From assembly GCA_950097015.1 (NCBI GenBank), contig CATNEN010000039.1, positions 9,858,001 through 9,922,000 of the forward strand: a DNA stretch of 64,000 nt, read 5' to 3'. Each line of letters starts with the position of its first letter. The stretch's first letter is position 1. Shown here piece by piece: positions 24,594 through 37,658 of the stretch. Origin of the DNA: Macrostomum hystrix. Taxonomy: Eukaryota; Animalia; Platyhelminthes. The position numbers and the translations under genes were made by a program. Under the pieces are notes generated by a model. That model ran no database searches. It saw nothing but the letters and a program-made list of their open reading frames with translations, and was not told where the DNA came from.

Positions 24594-26719
24594 ATGTCAT
24601 TTCAGCAGCCACTGGCCATGCAGTTCCTCACTGCTGACGGCCTGTCAGTGTTCCAATCGCCTGCCGGGATGCAATACGCCACAGCTGCTCATCAGGGCCT
24701 TCCCCAGGTGTCTCATGCTCATCAGCAGACTCAGCAACAGCAGCAGCAGCAGCAGCTAGTGCAGGCGGCATCTTTACCACTGCACCAGCAACAGATTCAT
24801 CATCACCAGCAGCAACAGCAGGCACTGCAACAGCACCAAGCTCAGCTGCCCAACGCTCATCAACGCTCCGTCATCAAAACCGAGTCAGCTGGCATTATCG
24901 CCACATCGACAGCGGCTGGCGTCACCGTTTCCATGCCAACGGCTGCTCACACGGCCAGCCTGCCCATTCACATGGCCTCCACCAGCGCAGCCGGTCATAT
25001 GCTAGACTATTATTATAGCCAGCACGGCGGGGCCCAGCTGCAGCATCCGCATCATCAGTTGTTTCTCATTCCAGCTGCCGCAGCTGCCGCTGCCGCGGCA
25101 CAGCAGCTTGTGCCCGCCAAGCTGGAGCCCGTCAGACTGCAAGATCTGCTGCCACAGCAACAGCAGCATCATCAGGTTTTTAATTGGCCAACCACCCTAA
25201 AGCATGCCAACCAATCCGAATAGACTAGCCAGCTCAAACACACCAACCAATAAGAATAGACTTATCACCCCAAATACACGCCAACCAATCGGAATAGACT
25301 AGCCAGCTCACAAGCACCAACCAATCCGAATAGACTTGCCAGCTCAAAAACACCAACCAATCCAAATAGACTAGCCACCCCAAACACACGCCAACCAATC
25401 CAAATAGACTAGCCACCCCAAACACACGCCAACCAATCCGAATAGACTAGCCACACCAAACACACGCCAACCAATCCAAATAGACTAGCCACCCCAAACA
25501 CACGCCAGCCAATCCGAATAGACTAGCCACACCAAACACATGCCAACCAATCCAAATAGACTAGCCACCCCAAACACACGCCAACCAATCCGAATAGACT
25601 AGCCACCCCAAACTCGCGCCAACCAATAAAACTACCGCACACACAAGCCGCAGTCTAAATTAAAAACTTTCTTGCCGTTCCGCACACAGATAATTCAGCA
25701 CCAGCTTCAGCAGCCGCAGGCAGCGCATCAGCAGCATCACCAGCAGGCTCTGATTCATTCTCACAACATGCAGCAACAGCAGCTACAGCAGCATCAGCAA
25801 CAGCAGCAGCTGCTGCAGCAACAGCAACTGCTAATGCAGCATCAGCAGCAGCAGCAGCTACAACAACAACAGCAGCAGCAGCAGCAGCAGATTCAGCAGC
25901 TTCAGCAGCAACATCAAGCCACTGCTGCAGCCCCTAAACGCCAGCAGCAGCAGCGTCAGCAAGCGCATTCTGGCACAGACGGAGCCACTTTTGATTGCGA
26001 CTCCTGCGGCAAAGCTTTCGGCTCCAGCTACCGGCTTAAGCGCCACCTAGTTATGCACAGCGACTCCAAGCCGTACAGGTAGCTAACTGTCTTGATTTGG
26101 CGCTTGTGCTGTGGTTTACTAAATCGCTTCTTCTGTCATCGGCTTCTGAAACTTGTAGATGGACCATGTACCAATTCCAGTTTGCTAGATTTACATCGCA
26201 CCTTTAGTTTTTTTGCACTTTTCAAAACGATGCTTTCAGATGTCCCACATGCGACAAATCGTTCAGCCGTTCCTACAGTCTGAATACTCACCTGAAGATT
26301 CACACTGGAGCGCGTGATTACAGGTGCGCCGAGTATTATTTAGGCAATAATCCTGAAAGATCACCGTTTCATTCTGTGTTTAGCCGACGTTTAATATCAA
26401 TTTTTCCTTCCTTATCATCGCCAGGTGTCCGACATGCGACAAATCGTTTAGCCGCTCCTACAGCCTCAACACGCATGTGAAGATACACACTGGCGTTAGA
26501 GATCATCGCTGCGCCCACTGCGACAAGGCCTACGCCAGATCTGATCATCTCAAACGGCACGTGCTGCACTGCCACACACCGGCTGGCAGTCGGCAACCTA
26601 GCGGCGGTTCACGCCAATCTAAAGCGGCCAGAAATGCAGCCACTGCAGCCGCCGCTTCTGCCGCCGCCGCTGCCGCTTCTGGATCCGTTCCGGGAACTGT
26701 TGTTGTTGTTCACCAATAA
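24594..26719 (+). CDS. Glutamine-rich C2H2 zinc-finger transcription factor (4 fingers)
   Basis: Exons 24594-25175, 25690-26078, 26240-26323, 26425-26719. Fingers [85 protein letters not shown]. Poly-Q and poly-A tracts. Confidence 0.88.
25185..25630. repeat. About 38-bp CA-rich intronic minisatellite
   Basis: Unit gccaaccaatccgaatagactagccaccccaaacacac. Confidence 0.9.
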
Positions 26720-26802
26720 TGATTTAATTAGCTAGCCAATTCAAGTTAAGATAAAAAACGTGAGTTTCTGTTGTTCTTTTTTCGTCGTGGTAGTGGGTGC
26801 TA

Positions 26803-27102
26803 ACAATAATAAGAATAATAATTATTATTGTTATTATTATTAATTATAGGAGGGCTGCGGGCAATGGCAGATCATTTGGTGACACTAGACCCGCAGCCAG
26901 CGAGGAGGCAATTCTGCTATTCTGCTGTGTACACTCTCAATGTGCCTTGGAGGTTGGTCCTTAAGGGTGTAAATTGCACGACAAGCCCCCAAGCCTTCTC
27001 TCCGCGGCTGCGCCCCAAACGAATGTGGCCTCGCCACGGAATCGATCTTAGAGACCGTGGTGCGAGAGGCAAATGCGTAAACGCGTCTGCCACCGACCCC
27101 CC
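26803..27102 (-). mobile_element. tRNA-derived SINE (family A, internally deleted)
   Basis: TSD GTAGTGGGTGCTA at 26790-26802 and 27103-27115; (AAT)n-like tail. Confidence 0.85.
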
Positions 27103-27550
27103 GTAGTGGGTGCTACATTTATCTATAGTTTGATTGGTGCTGGCTGTTGGGGTTGGTGGGTGCTATCTATGGTTTGACGGTGTTGGCTGTGGGGTGGTGG
27201 GTGCTATCTATGGTTTGACGGTGTTGGCTGTGGGATGGTGGGATGCTATCTATGGTTTGACGGTGTTGGCTGTGGGGTGGTGGGTGCTATCTATGGTTTG
27301 ACGGTGTTGGCTGTGGGGTGGTGGGTGCTATGGTTTGACGATTTTGGCTATGGGGTGGTGGGTGTTATCTATGGTTTGACGGTGTTGGCTGTGGGGTGGT
27401 GGGTGCTATGGTTTGACGATGTTGGCTGTGGGGTAGTGGGTGCTATCTATGGTTTGACGGTGTTGGCTGTGGGGTGGTGGGTGCTATCTATGTTTTGACG
27501 GTGTTGGCTGTGGGGTGGTGGGTGCTATCTATGGTTTGTTGGGTGTTAGC
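27103..27550. repeat. About 40-bp GT-rich minisatellite
   Basis: Unit ggtgggtgctatctatggtttgacggtgttggctgtggggt. Confidence 0.9.
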
Positions 27551-28817
27551 TGCGGGGAGTGATTGCTGACTCTGGTTGGTTAGGTATTAATTATTGAAAT
27601 TTCTTGATTATTTCATCTGGTTCGTCGATTTCACAATGCGTTACCCACGAACTCTCCATTGCAGGCTGTAAATCGTGCCAGTGTGTACATTTTTTCACTC
27701 TACGCTGCTCGCTGTCCCGGGTTCGAATCGTGAGAATTTGGAAAGCTCTTGGAACTCTTCTCTACCCTTTTTCCTAAAGAATACTGCTGATTTATTAGCT
27801 AATAGAGATTTACCTGTAAGTTCTACTTTGCTATCATTTCTGGCTTCGAATTCTGATATCTCACCAAGACAGTTGTTAGCCATTATACAATTGTTGCTAA
27901 TCTGAAAAGCTAGTAAAGATTTTTTTAATCTAGCTTTTCTTTCAACACAACCGCTAAGTTGCTGCTTTTTGTAAATACAATACAAACTTTTGTGCAATCT
28001 CAGTCAGATGTGCGAGCTAGCTTATTATATTTCTAGAGTTATATACACAGCTGCTTTACATTTTACACAAATGGAGTTAAAAAATCAAACACGGGCATTG
28101 TTTATAAGCAGACACAAAAGTGGCATTGTCAGTTACGATCGTCACATGTGCAATAAGTGACCTAGTCAGCCATGACCTGCCCATTCTCTTACGTCTCAGC
28201 TGCCGTAGCCGTCACCTGTCTTATTTATTTTGTTTAAATTGTGTGATATTAGTAACAGTACGTATATTTTCGCTGTCTCGTAACCGTTTTTCGTATCCCA
28301 AACTCTGTTTATGGCACCTGTTCCCTCAATCTGGGCCGTGGACCAACTTGTGTTTTCATTTTTCATTTTCTCTTCTATGTTTAAACAAATAAAGTAAATA
28401 TAATTACAAAAAATACTTTAAGGGCACATAATTAAACAGATATCCGTTGTCCAGCTATCAGAATAATAAACTATAGACGGCTGCTGGATATTTTATTATT
28501 TAATAAAAATAAGACTATATATTTGTTAACACATGAAAATAATTTAGCCTCTAGAATTAAGCAGAGCAAGAAAATATACTATTAATAAAAGCCAATGTGA
28601 AGCATAGCATCCTACTCGTATTAAGAAAAATAGGCGTCAAGTAGATAAAATGAAAAAATATCATAATTGCTAACACACCGGGTTGAAAACGAAGCATCTG
28701 AATAAGCAGAACGATCGCATTTATCAATTGAAATTAGATGAGGTTCAGGTTAATGAAAGATGCTCAAAAGCTATAGTTTAGATCATAAGGAATGGCTAAT
28801 TATAAGTCTGAGCAATT

Positions 28818-31800
28818 TCAAAATGGACAGCCGTTGGCCCAGTGGCCACGCCTGCCACAGTTATAACACCTGCCGTAGCCGCCATAGTAGGCCCTCGGGT
28901 TGCCATGCAACGGCAGGTCCGAGTCGTATCCGCCGCTTGTTTCATCATCATCGTACTCAGAATCTGAGTCACCACCGCCGTCTGTGTCAGAATTATCGGA
29001 GCTGGACGACACTACAACTGCGGCGGCGCCGCTTCTTCCACTAGAAGGCCCAGCAGCCGCTGCTGCTACTGTTGCTGCAGCAGCCGCTGATGCTGGCGGC
29101 TGCCCCTGATGCTGCGAAGTCGACGCTGCAGTTGTAGCATTTGACGCCGTAACAGGCTGCCGCTGAGAATGCTGCGACGGCTGGCCCACTCGAGGCCGCT
29201 TGCGACCCTGACGGACAAAATGATAATAATATGAAACGTAGAGATAAGATACGGTAGATTGCAGGTCGCAGACCCCAGCTTCACAGCATGAGCACCTGCA
29301 GCTCTCTAGACCACAATGGTAGGCCATTGTAGATACCTACCAACATTTTTCTTTTTTCTGAATCTTCAAAAATATTTTACCAATGTAAATCCAGAATGTG
29401 GGGCTCAAATTGAACGCTTTTTTTGAAAAATTTCCAGAATAAAAAAACATCGGCACCGTCGAGATATTCAACGATTCTCGTCGGGGTGTCTGCTGGCAAA
29501 AACTACAATGTTACAACTATCCCCGTACTACAATGTACTACGAGGAGCAATGTTATTTGTACTTGTCACCAGGCTCTTCGCCAGGAATCGCTGAATATCT
29601 CGACGATGCCCGCTTTGGACGGCTTTGAAAGTTAGTTAATCGTAAAGGGCGAAACATTTTAATATATATGGTGGATTTTTCGCGAAAATCGGTCATTCGG
29701 TTTGGGAGCTATGGTGAAGTACTCGTAGGCAGTGGGTATTTAAAAATGCCCCCCAGTGGTATTTCTACAGCCAAGCCGGTACTAACATCAGCCAAAGCCC
29801 ACCTGCAGCTTGGCTAGCTTGTCCCGCTGCTCGGCCACGCGAGCGTCGCGCTCGGCTCGCCGTTCTGGCGCCAGCTCGGCCACCATCCGGTCAACGTAGG
29901 AGTCGACAACTAGAGCTCTGGACAGGACGCCGTTGCCGGCTGCTCGGCATTGCGGGCACTCGTTCTTGCGTCGGAGCCATTCTTCTATGCAGTAGCGGCA
30001 GAAGGTGTGCGAACAGGGCATTGTGGCGGCGTCAACTAGCAGGTCGCAACAGATCGGACAGTTGAGCTCGGTCTCAAGCACCTCGGCTAAGCTGCGCATG
30101 ATGTCAGCCCTGGCCTCCGGGGTGACGCCGCCAGCCGTGGCGGCAGCGTCGCGGGCCTTAGATAATTCACCTTCGAGCACGGCCTGCGGTGGAAGTGACA
30201 GCGGATCAAGCTTTCGTGTCTAGAGACATATGTACATTAAGAATAGAATGTTTAAATACTGATGTACATTTGGGATAGACTGTTTGAAGACGGATGTACA
30301 TTTGGGATAGACTGTTTGAAGGCGGATGTACATTTGGGATAGACTGTTGGGGACAGATGTACATTGGGGATAGACTGTTTAGGGACGGATGTACATTCGG
30401 TGTACAGTTACGATTACTGAATGTACGTTGCCATTAAAATGTTTGTGGTCGAGTGTGCCTTGTGGTTAAACAGTTGATAGAAAGACCAACGTACATTAGG
30501 GATAGAAAGTTTGGTAGCGAATGTAGACTAGGGATTGGGGCCCTGTTTGGGGCCGAAGCAGGTCGATTTTTAAGGACCAATGCACGATGCGGACAGAGCT
30601 TAGGAAGGAATGGACAGTTAAGAAACGAATATACATAGTATATACATAGATAGTAATGTTTTAAAGAGTCGTCAGTAAATTGTGGTTAGACAGTTAAGGG
30701 GCGAATGTACATTAGTAGGGACAGAAAGGTAGGAAACGAATGAACATAAAGGATAGACTATTACAGACGGAACACTCAAGGTTAGTTTGAGGAAGAGGAC
30801 GTACATCGGAGAGATTTAGAGTTAAGATCTAACCCTAAATTCTCACCTGCTTGGCCTCCTTATCCCGAAGCGCCTGCTCCAGCCGGGCCCGCTCTCTCTG
30901 CAGGAGGGCCTCGTGCTCAGCGTCCCGGTCGGCCATCTCCTTGCGCATTTCCGCTTCTAGGCCGGCCATCACGGCCAAACGGTCGGCTTCCAGAGCTTCA
31001 ACTTCGTCGGCTAGTCGCTGGCGCATCTGGCGCTCCTGCTCGGCCAGGGCGCGGTCCTTCTCGGCCAGCTGGTCGCGCAGGCGCTCCAGTTCCAGTCGCA
31101 TGGCTGCCACCTCCGCGGCGTCCGAGCTCCGCTGCTAGCAGTCGGAGGGGAATGTCGACATGATGTACAGTACTTGAGTAAATTAAAATGCATGGATACA
31201 GGATTCGCGTAAGGATTGAACGAGCTGGGATCCTAGGAAAATCTTAAGGGATCTAGGATTTCTTCAGGATCGATAAATAAAGGGCAACGGCACATCATTT
31301 GGTTTGGTGGACTAGAACCGCAGCCAGCGAGGAGGCAATTCTGCCCATTTCACACACTCACAAAGATACCGTACGCAGGCAGACGCTCACGCAGGTGTGT
31401 ACATCTGCCCTGACTTTCTCATCGTCAGGAAGTGTACACACTCACTGTGTCATGGAGATAGCTCCTCAAGGGCGTAAATTGCACGACAAGCCCCCAAGCC
31501 TTCTCTCCGCGGCCCAAACGAATGTGGCCTCGCCGCGGAATCGAACTTAGAGACCGTGGTGCGAGAGGCAAATGCGTAAACGCGTCTGCCAGCGACCCCC
31601 AATCGAGGGTAAAGTGAAGCTATAAATGTCTGGGATTCAAGCAAGAATCAAAGGAGGCGAATTAGGGGGCTACTCACATTGCTATTCGAAGCCACATCCG
31701 CATCTGCAGGTGCCATTCGCTTAGGTGCGGTTGGCGCCAGAGGCTAAAAACAAGGGGGAAAAACTGAAATCAGCCATTTAATACATATGATTGATATCTC

Positions 31801-32633
31801 ACAGATGAAGGACCCCTTAATACTGGCTTTACAGGTAAACAACTGTCTAAAGGGTGAGCAATAACTGCCAAACAAGTAAGCTACACTTGTCAAACAGGGT
31901 AAGCAACAGAAAAGATAAGAACCTTAACATTACTAATAAAATGATTTGTACATGAACTTCTCACCGAAGCAACATTCTCTCTGCCGTCCAGTTTGTCAGT
32001 TGATCGATCGCTCGATCTTTTCCGATTGCTATGAGTGCTACTGTTTGTAGCATTAATAGCCAAAATAGCGGCGTCACACTCGGCCACCGCAGCAGGCCGG
32101 TGCAGCGGGCAGTCGGCGGCCACGAACTCCAGGCAGAGCACGGCCTCGCGCAGGGGTCCAACGCTAATCCGATCTCCGCAGCGCAACGGCGAAACATTCT
32201 TGGCGGCTGAAGCCAAATCTGAATTAGTCGACGCCGAGGCTGGAATTCGACGCCCATTGACGAAGGTGCCGTTGGCGCTGCCGCAGTCGACAGCGCGCCA
32301 ATCCCAGCCGGAGCTGGTCGAGTGCCTGATTATCGGCAGCAGTGTCAGCTGGTGTCGCGAAGCAGATCCGTGCCGCAGAACAATCTCAGCGTCCGGACGG
32401 CGCCCGATTGACACGGCGGCTGGCAAACTGTCGCCAACGTTGACGCACAGTCGATAGACAGCGCTGCGACCCAGAGCTGGCTCGGTGCCCCGGCTAACCA
32501 GACAGCAGCGGCAGTGCTGGGCAGACTGTACGGCGACCACCTGGCCGATTTCTTCGACCAAGTCTGTTGAAACCGGAGCGGCTCCGACATCGCCGGATAG
32601 TTTGGCCTTGGCTTCTTTTGTAGCTGGCTGCAT
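28818..32633 (-). CDS. RNF8: RNF8-like E3 ubiquitin ligase (FHA, coiled coil, RING) with C-terminal CCHC zinc knuckle
   Basis: Exons 32633-31965, 31743-31678, 31134-30847, 30183-29803, 29207-28818. FHA motifs IGR, SRHQ, SANGTFVNG. RING CPICCDLL..CSHTFCRYCIEEW..CPQCR. Tail CYNCGRRGHWANGC. RNF8 versus CHFR assigned by domain order. Confidence 0.82.
31276..31600 (-). mobile_element. tRNA-derived SINE (family A) in an RNF8 intron
   Basis: Colinear match to 62679-63045. Confidence 0.85.
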
Positions 32634-32739
32634 TGAGTGAGCGGCATTTGGCGGTGTACAAGAAGGAATGCTCAAGGATTTGGGAGAAAAGACAAGCCCG
32701 AAAAGCAAAGTACAGCTTGAAAATATGAGCCCGAATATT

Positions 32740-33145
32740 CCAAGGAAAGCAGATATAAAAGCCAGATTTCTAGGAAAGCAGATATACAAGCCAGATTTCT
32801 AGGAAAGCAGATATACAAGCCAGATTTCTAGGAACGCAGATATACAAGCCAGATTTCTAGGAAAGCAGATATACCAGCAAATTTTCTAGCAAAATAGAAA
32901 TGCCAGCCAGATTTCTAGGAGAGCAAAAATACTAGCCAGATTTCTAGGAAAGCAGATATACTAGCCAGATTTCTTGGAAAGCAGATATACTAGCCAGATT
33001 TCTAGGAAAGCAGATATACCAGGAAATTTTCTAGCAAATTAGAAATGCCAGCCAGGTTTCTAGGAAAGCAGATATACCAGCTCGCACATCTCTGGAAAAG
33101 CAGAAATACTAGCCTATAGATTTCTAGGAAAGCGGAAATACCAGC
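32740..33145. repeat. About 29-30-bp minisatellite between SDHB and RNF8
   Basis: Unit agccagatttctaggaaagcagatatac(a/t). Confidence 0.85.
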
Positions 33146-33877
33146 CAGCTGATAAGAAAGAAATCTAAGAATTCCTAATCTAAAAATCTAAATAATCTAA
33201 GAAAGCGAAATCGCTAACCCGAACTATTTCTTAGTAATCAACAAGGAAATTCCAGTTTCATCAGCCAGAGTAAGAACTATGTAGATTCTGGTTTGAAAAA
33301 GAAAGACACAAACACAATTTGATTATCGAGTGTTGGGCAATTGTTAGTTTAAGACTAACATATGAAGCAGTATTCAAATATAGATTTTATTTAACAACTC
33401 AATAACGAAATGACACAAGTGCAAATAACAATAACGCCTCAATAAGTATTGTATATTTACCGATGTTTCAGCTTTGACTCAACTAATCAAATAAATTTAA
33501 ATGTTTTTTTGCACTCAAGTAAACAAACTACTTTGCTCTGCACTCACCTAGCTAAACTGAAACTAACAAAATAAAACTCTAAGAAAGCTTTTTCTAATAT
33601 GTTTTCCAGTTAAAAAAACTTAATGGATAGAATTGGGCATAAGGATTGAGTTAAGTGTAGTGAGGAGGAGAACAAAGGACTACAAACGTAAAGCAGTTCT
33701 TTTTCTTCAAAAGTACTTACATTTCAGTCATTAATTTAGTGCAGACACAAAAGCGAATAGCTAGTCAGAAATCTACGATAAAGTTAGTCTATCCAGTTTG
33801 GGTTTTAAAAGATTTCCTTCAGTTGAAAGTCTTCATCGAAGCGAAGCGAAATACCACGACCGGCTGCGTGTCGAATC

Positions 33878-35805
33878 TCAAGCGGTGGCCGACGACTCCT
33901 TCTTGTACTTGGTCAGGTTGACCATCATCAGCTTGATCTCGGCTATGGCCCGACCCGGGTTCAGGCCCTGCGAGAGAACGAGTGGGGGAGAGAGGAACTG
34001 AGGATCAGGGAGAGTGAACTGCTCAATCCGAGGATCAGGGAGAGTGAACTGCTCAATCCGAGGATCTGGGAGAGTGAACTGCTCAATCCGAGGATCTGGG
34101 AGAGTGAACTAGTCAATCCAAGTATCTTGGAATGCATTGAGCAGTCTGTGGTGTTCAAACTCTCTATCACTAGGTAAACTGCGTAATTCTCACCTTCGGG
34201 CAAGTCTCAGTGCAGTTCATGATTGTGTGGCAGCGGTAGAGGCTGTCCTTGTTCTGCATACTCTCAAGCCGTTCGAATGTGTAGTCGTCGCGAGAGTCAA
34301 TCATCCAGCGATAGGCCTGCGAAATTGGTAAGAAGATGAGTTGGATTGCTTACTTGAGGATGAACCCACTAGCGTGGACCCACTCTGAGAAACGGGTCAA
34401 AGATGAAGACTAAAGTTAGTGAAAGAAGATGAGTCTTCAACTCACCTGCATGAGCACAGCCGGGCCCAGGTACTTGTCGCCGTTCCACCAGTAGGCGGGG
34501 CAGGAAGTGCTGCAGCAGGCGCACATGATGCACTCGTACAGGCCGTCCAGTTTGTCACGGTCGGCGATTGACTGCTTGAAAGCCTCCTTGCCAATGTCTT
34601 CTTCTTTGAAGTTCTTCTTCTTTAGATAGGGCTCGATGGATCTGGTAAAGCGGTTTGAAAGTTTGGCCCACATAAACCTCTTTGGCCAAAACCGTTTCAG
34701 CCATTCATTCCCTGTCCTCGTCCTGGAAGTCATTATCCCACATTCCCTGTCCTGGAAGTCATTATCCCACATTCCCTGTCCTGGAAGTCATTATCCCACA
34801 TTCCCTGTCCTGGAAGTCATTATCCCACATTCCCTGTCCTGGAAGTCATTATCCCACATTCCCTGTCCTGGAAGTCATTATCCCACATTCCCTGTCCTGG
34901 AAGGCATTATCCCACATTCCCTGTCCTGGAAGTCATTATCCCACATTCCCTGTCCTGGAAGTCATTATCCCACATTCCCTGTCCTGGAAGTCATTATCCC
35001 ACATTCCCTGTCCTGGAAGTCATTATCCCACATTCCCTGTCCTGGAAGTCATTATCCCACATTCCCTGTCCTGGAAGTCATTAGCCTTCATTCCCTGTCC
35101 TGGAAGTCATTCTCATTGTGATTTCACCTACCGGTACTGGGCGTAGAAGTTGTTCATGTCCGGCACCAGATCCTTGATGATGTACATATGCGGCAGCGGA
35201 TAGATCTTGCTAGTCTTGCCGCTGGTATCAATAGGACAGATGCAGGCCAGTGTGTTGCGACCGTCGATGTTCATCGAGCAGGAGCCGCAGATGCCTTCGC
35301 GGCAGGAGCGCCGAAAGGTCAAGGTTGGGTCAACCTCGTTCTTGATCTTGATCAGAGCGTCCAATACCATTGGGCCGCAGTCGTTTAAGTCAATTGTGTA
35401 GTTTTGCATTCGCGGCCGGGTCTCTGGCTGGTCGGGATTGAAGCGATAGATGGCGAACTGCTTCGGGTGCGCCGGCTTGGTTGCAGCCGCAGTGGCAGCC
35501 GCGGCGCTCAAAGAGGTCGCCTGGATGAAGGTTTAGGGCATGGCGATAGACTGATATAGATTAATGGAAGGTAAGTACACGGACTGACAGAGGTAAGTCT
35601 GTGGAGGGTTTTAACAATACTTTATATTTGAGCAATTTATGTCATTTTGATTGGTCTAGACAGGTACAGTCAAGGGGCTAAGGGTAAGGTGATAGACACA
35701 GTGGAATAAAAAATATAAAAGCCCAAGCAATACAGTGCATTGGTGACTTACAGGCTGCCTAAAAAGGCACAGAGAAGTCCTTGCTAGAACCCTTGAAGGA
35801 AGCAT
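33878..35805 (-). CDS. SDHB: Succinate dehydrogenase iron-sulfur subunit, mitochondrial
   Basis: Exons 35805-35752 ([18 protein letters not shown] transit peptide), 35520-35132, 34641-34446, 34316-34194, 33967-33878. Motifs [42 protein letters not shown]. Confidence 0.97.
34705..35110. repeat. 28-bp minisatellite in an SDHB intron
   Basis: Unit cattccctgtcctggaagtcattatccca. Confidence 0.95.
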
Positions 35806-36843
35806 AGCTGCAAAAGAAAATAACTTTGGTTAGCTATTGATTATAGAAGTAGGGGGCCAAATCCCCCTAACTGCCTTTTAGATTTTTTTATTTCAAATAT
35901 TTAATTCATACATTTAATCAACATACATATACATTTAATCAAACATATAATAATATGTTTCAATTGCTAAAAACACTTGTTGATAATATTATAAACATTG
36001 TTAAAAATAGTTTTAAATATTATTAAAAATTGCCAATTTTCTAGCAAAAAATATTGATATCACTAGCCGTATAATATATCTCTATTTTTAGATATATATT
36101 AGATATACTAGGCCAATATAAAGACAACAAAACATTATAACTATTTCCATTGAAAGTGGCTATTTTGATCAAAATAAAAACTATAACTAATCAAAAATTT
36201 AAATAAATCTTCAGCCTTTAAATTAGCCAAATAAATGATGTTCATTGCTGCTCTGTCCCTACGTTCTCAAATTAAATACTAGAAATACTAGACTCTAGAG
36301 TGTTATATCTACAAGCAAGCCACAACTTTGTAATAAGGACAATGCAGCTATGCATATAATATTGTCATTTATAGACGCATGGAAGTTAAAATGATAGAGT
36401 TAAAAGTTTTAGAAGGATGTAGTCATCAATCAATAGTAATGGGCAACCCAGAGGAAGTTGCCAAACATACTCTCCAGGAAGAGGTGGCGCCAGAGATACT
36501 CATTCAGGTCAGTGAGTCTCGAATAGTGGGTCACTTGTGCCATGCATTCTCCAGAACCTGTCCTTCACTTGTGCCCACAATCCCTCAATTGCATTAGTTA
36601 CTATTGATTGTTGACATTTTAACTTTTAAAAGGTTTTAAGTGTAAAAATAATTTAACGCAGCAAACTAGGAGTTTGCCAGCCCTAGTAGGCCCTGCCTAA
36701 TACTTGGTAATAACTTGGTAAGTAAGGTTATTAAAAAATAGAAACCAGACTCATTGTTCATTTAAAAGATATTTTAACTTTAAATTTTAACTAAAAAACA
36801 TGCAATAATTTTTTAAGCATGCACACTGGCCTTTTATTCAACT

Positions 36844-37658
36844 GGAAGTGCTTATTCCCACTGTCCCGTGCCGATAATTTCAATTTTATCCACATGGATC
36901 CATGCCAATAATTTTCTGCTTATCCACATGGCAGCTTATATGAATAGGTCTACTTTTAAGTCCCTATGGGCCTACCTATTCTTCTCTGAGCATAAGGCTT
37001 TTTGCTTCAGAGTATAGGCCTAGTGTATATAAGTGTACACTATCAATAGGCCCTACATAGTGTAAAATAATAAAAAAGATGTATAATATGTGTGACGAGT
37101 TTGGTGCTGACTAGAATTCTGCTGGTTGACTTGTATGATTTTCTTTGATAGACTTCTTACTTTTTAAGTCAATAGGCCCTACAATTCAAATGAAAACACG
37201 TAGGCCTACCGATGACAAAAGATTTATTAAGTTGTTATTACAATAAATAAAAAGGATGACATTAATGTCGGTTAATATGTAGGTAAATGTAGAACACTGT
37301 CATAACACACTGGCAACTTTGTCGATCTATTGGCTGAGCTCGAGGGTTCAACAAAACGTTCAAACCTGAAAGGGCCTCGTTTCAAAAAACAGAACCATGT
37401 GGATAAAATTGAAAGTAACAGCACAGCATATTTACATAAAGAGTTTTAGACCTATTCATACAAGCTGCCGTGTGGATAAGCAGAAAATTATTGGCACAGC
37501 TCCGTGTGGATAAAATTGAAATTAATGGCACAGCATATATAAAGAGTTGTAGACCTATTCATACAAGCTGGCATGTGGATAAGCAGAAAATTATTGGCAC
37601 AGATCCGTGTGGATAAAATTGAAATTATTGGCACGGGACTGTGGGAATAAGCTCTGCC
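36844..37658. mobile_element. MULE/foldback-like MITE with about 110-bp TIRs
   Basis: GGAAGTGCTTATTCCCAC... / ...GTGGGAATAAGCTCTGCC long inverted arms, the right arm partly tandem-duplicated. Near-perfect 9-bp flanks TATTCAACT / TATTTAACT. Confidence 0.75.

Noticed and set aside
31890-32789. Hydrophobic N-terminal extension of the RNF8 ORF in the ORF track
   Set aside because: Derives from the adjacent minisatellite and a non-ATG start; the first in-frame ATG is at 32633.
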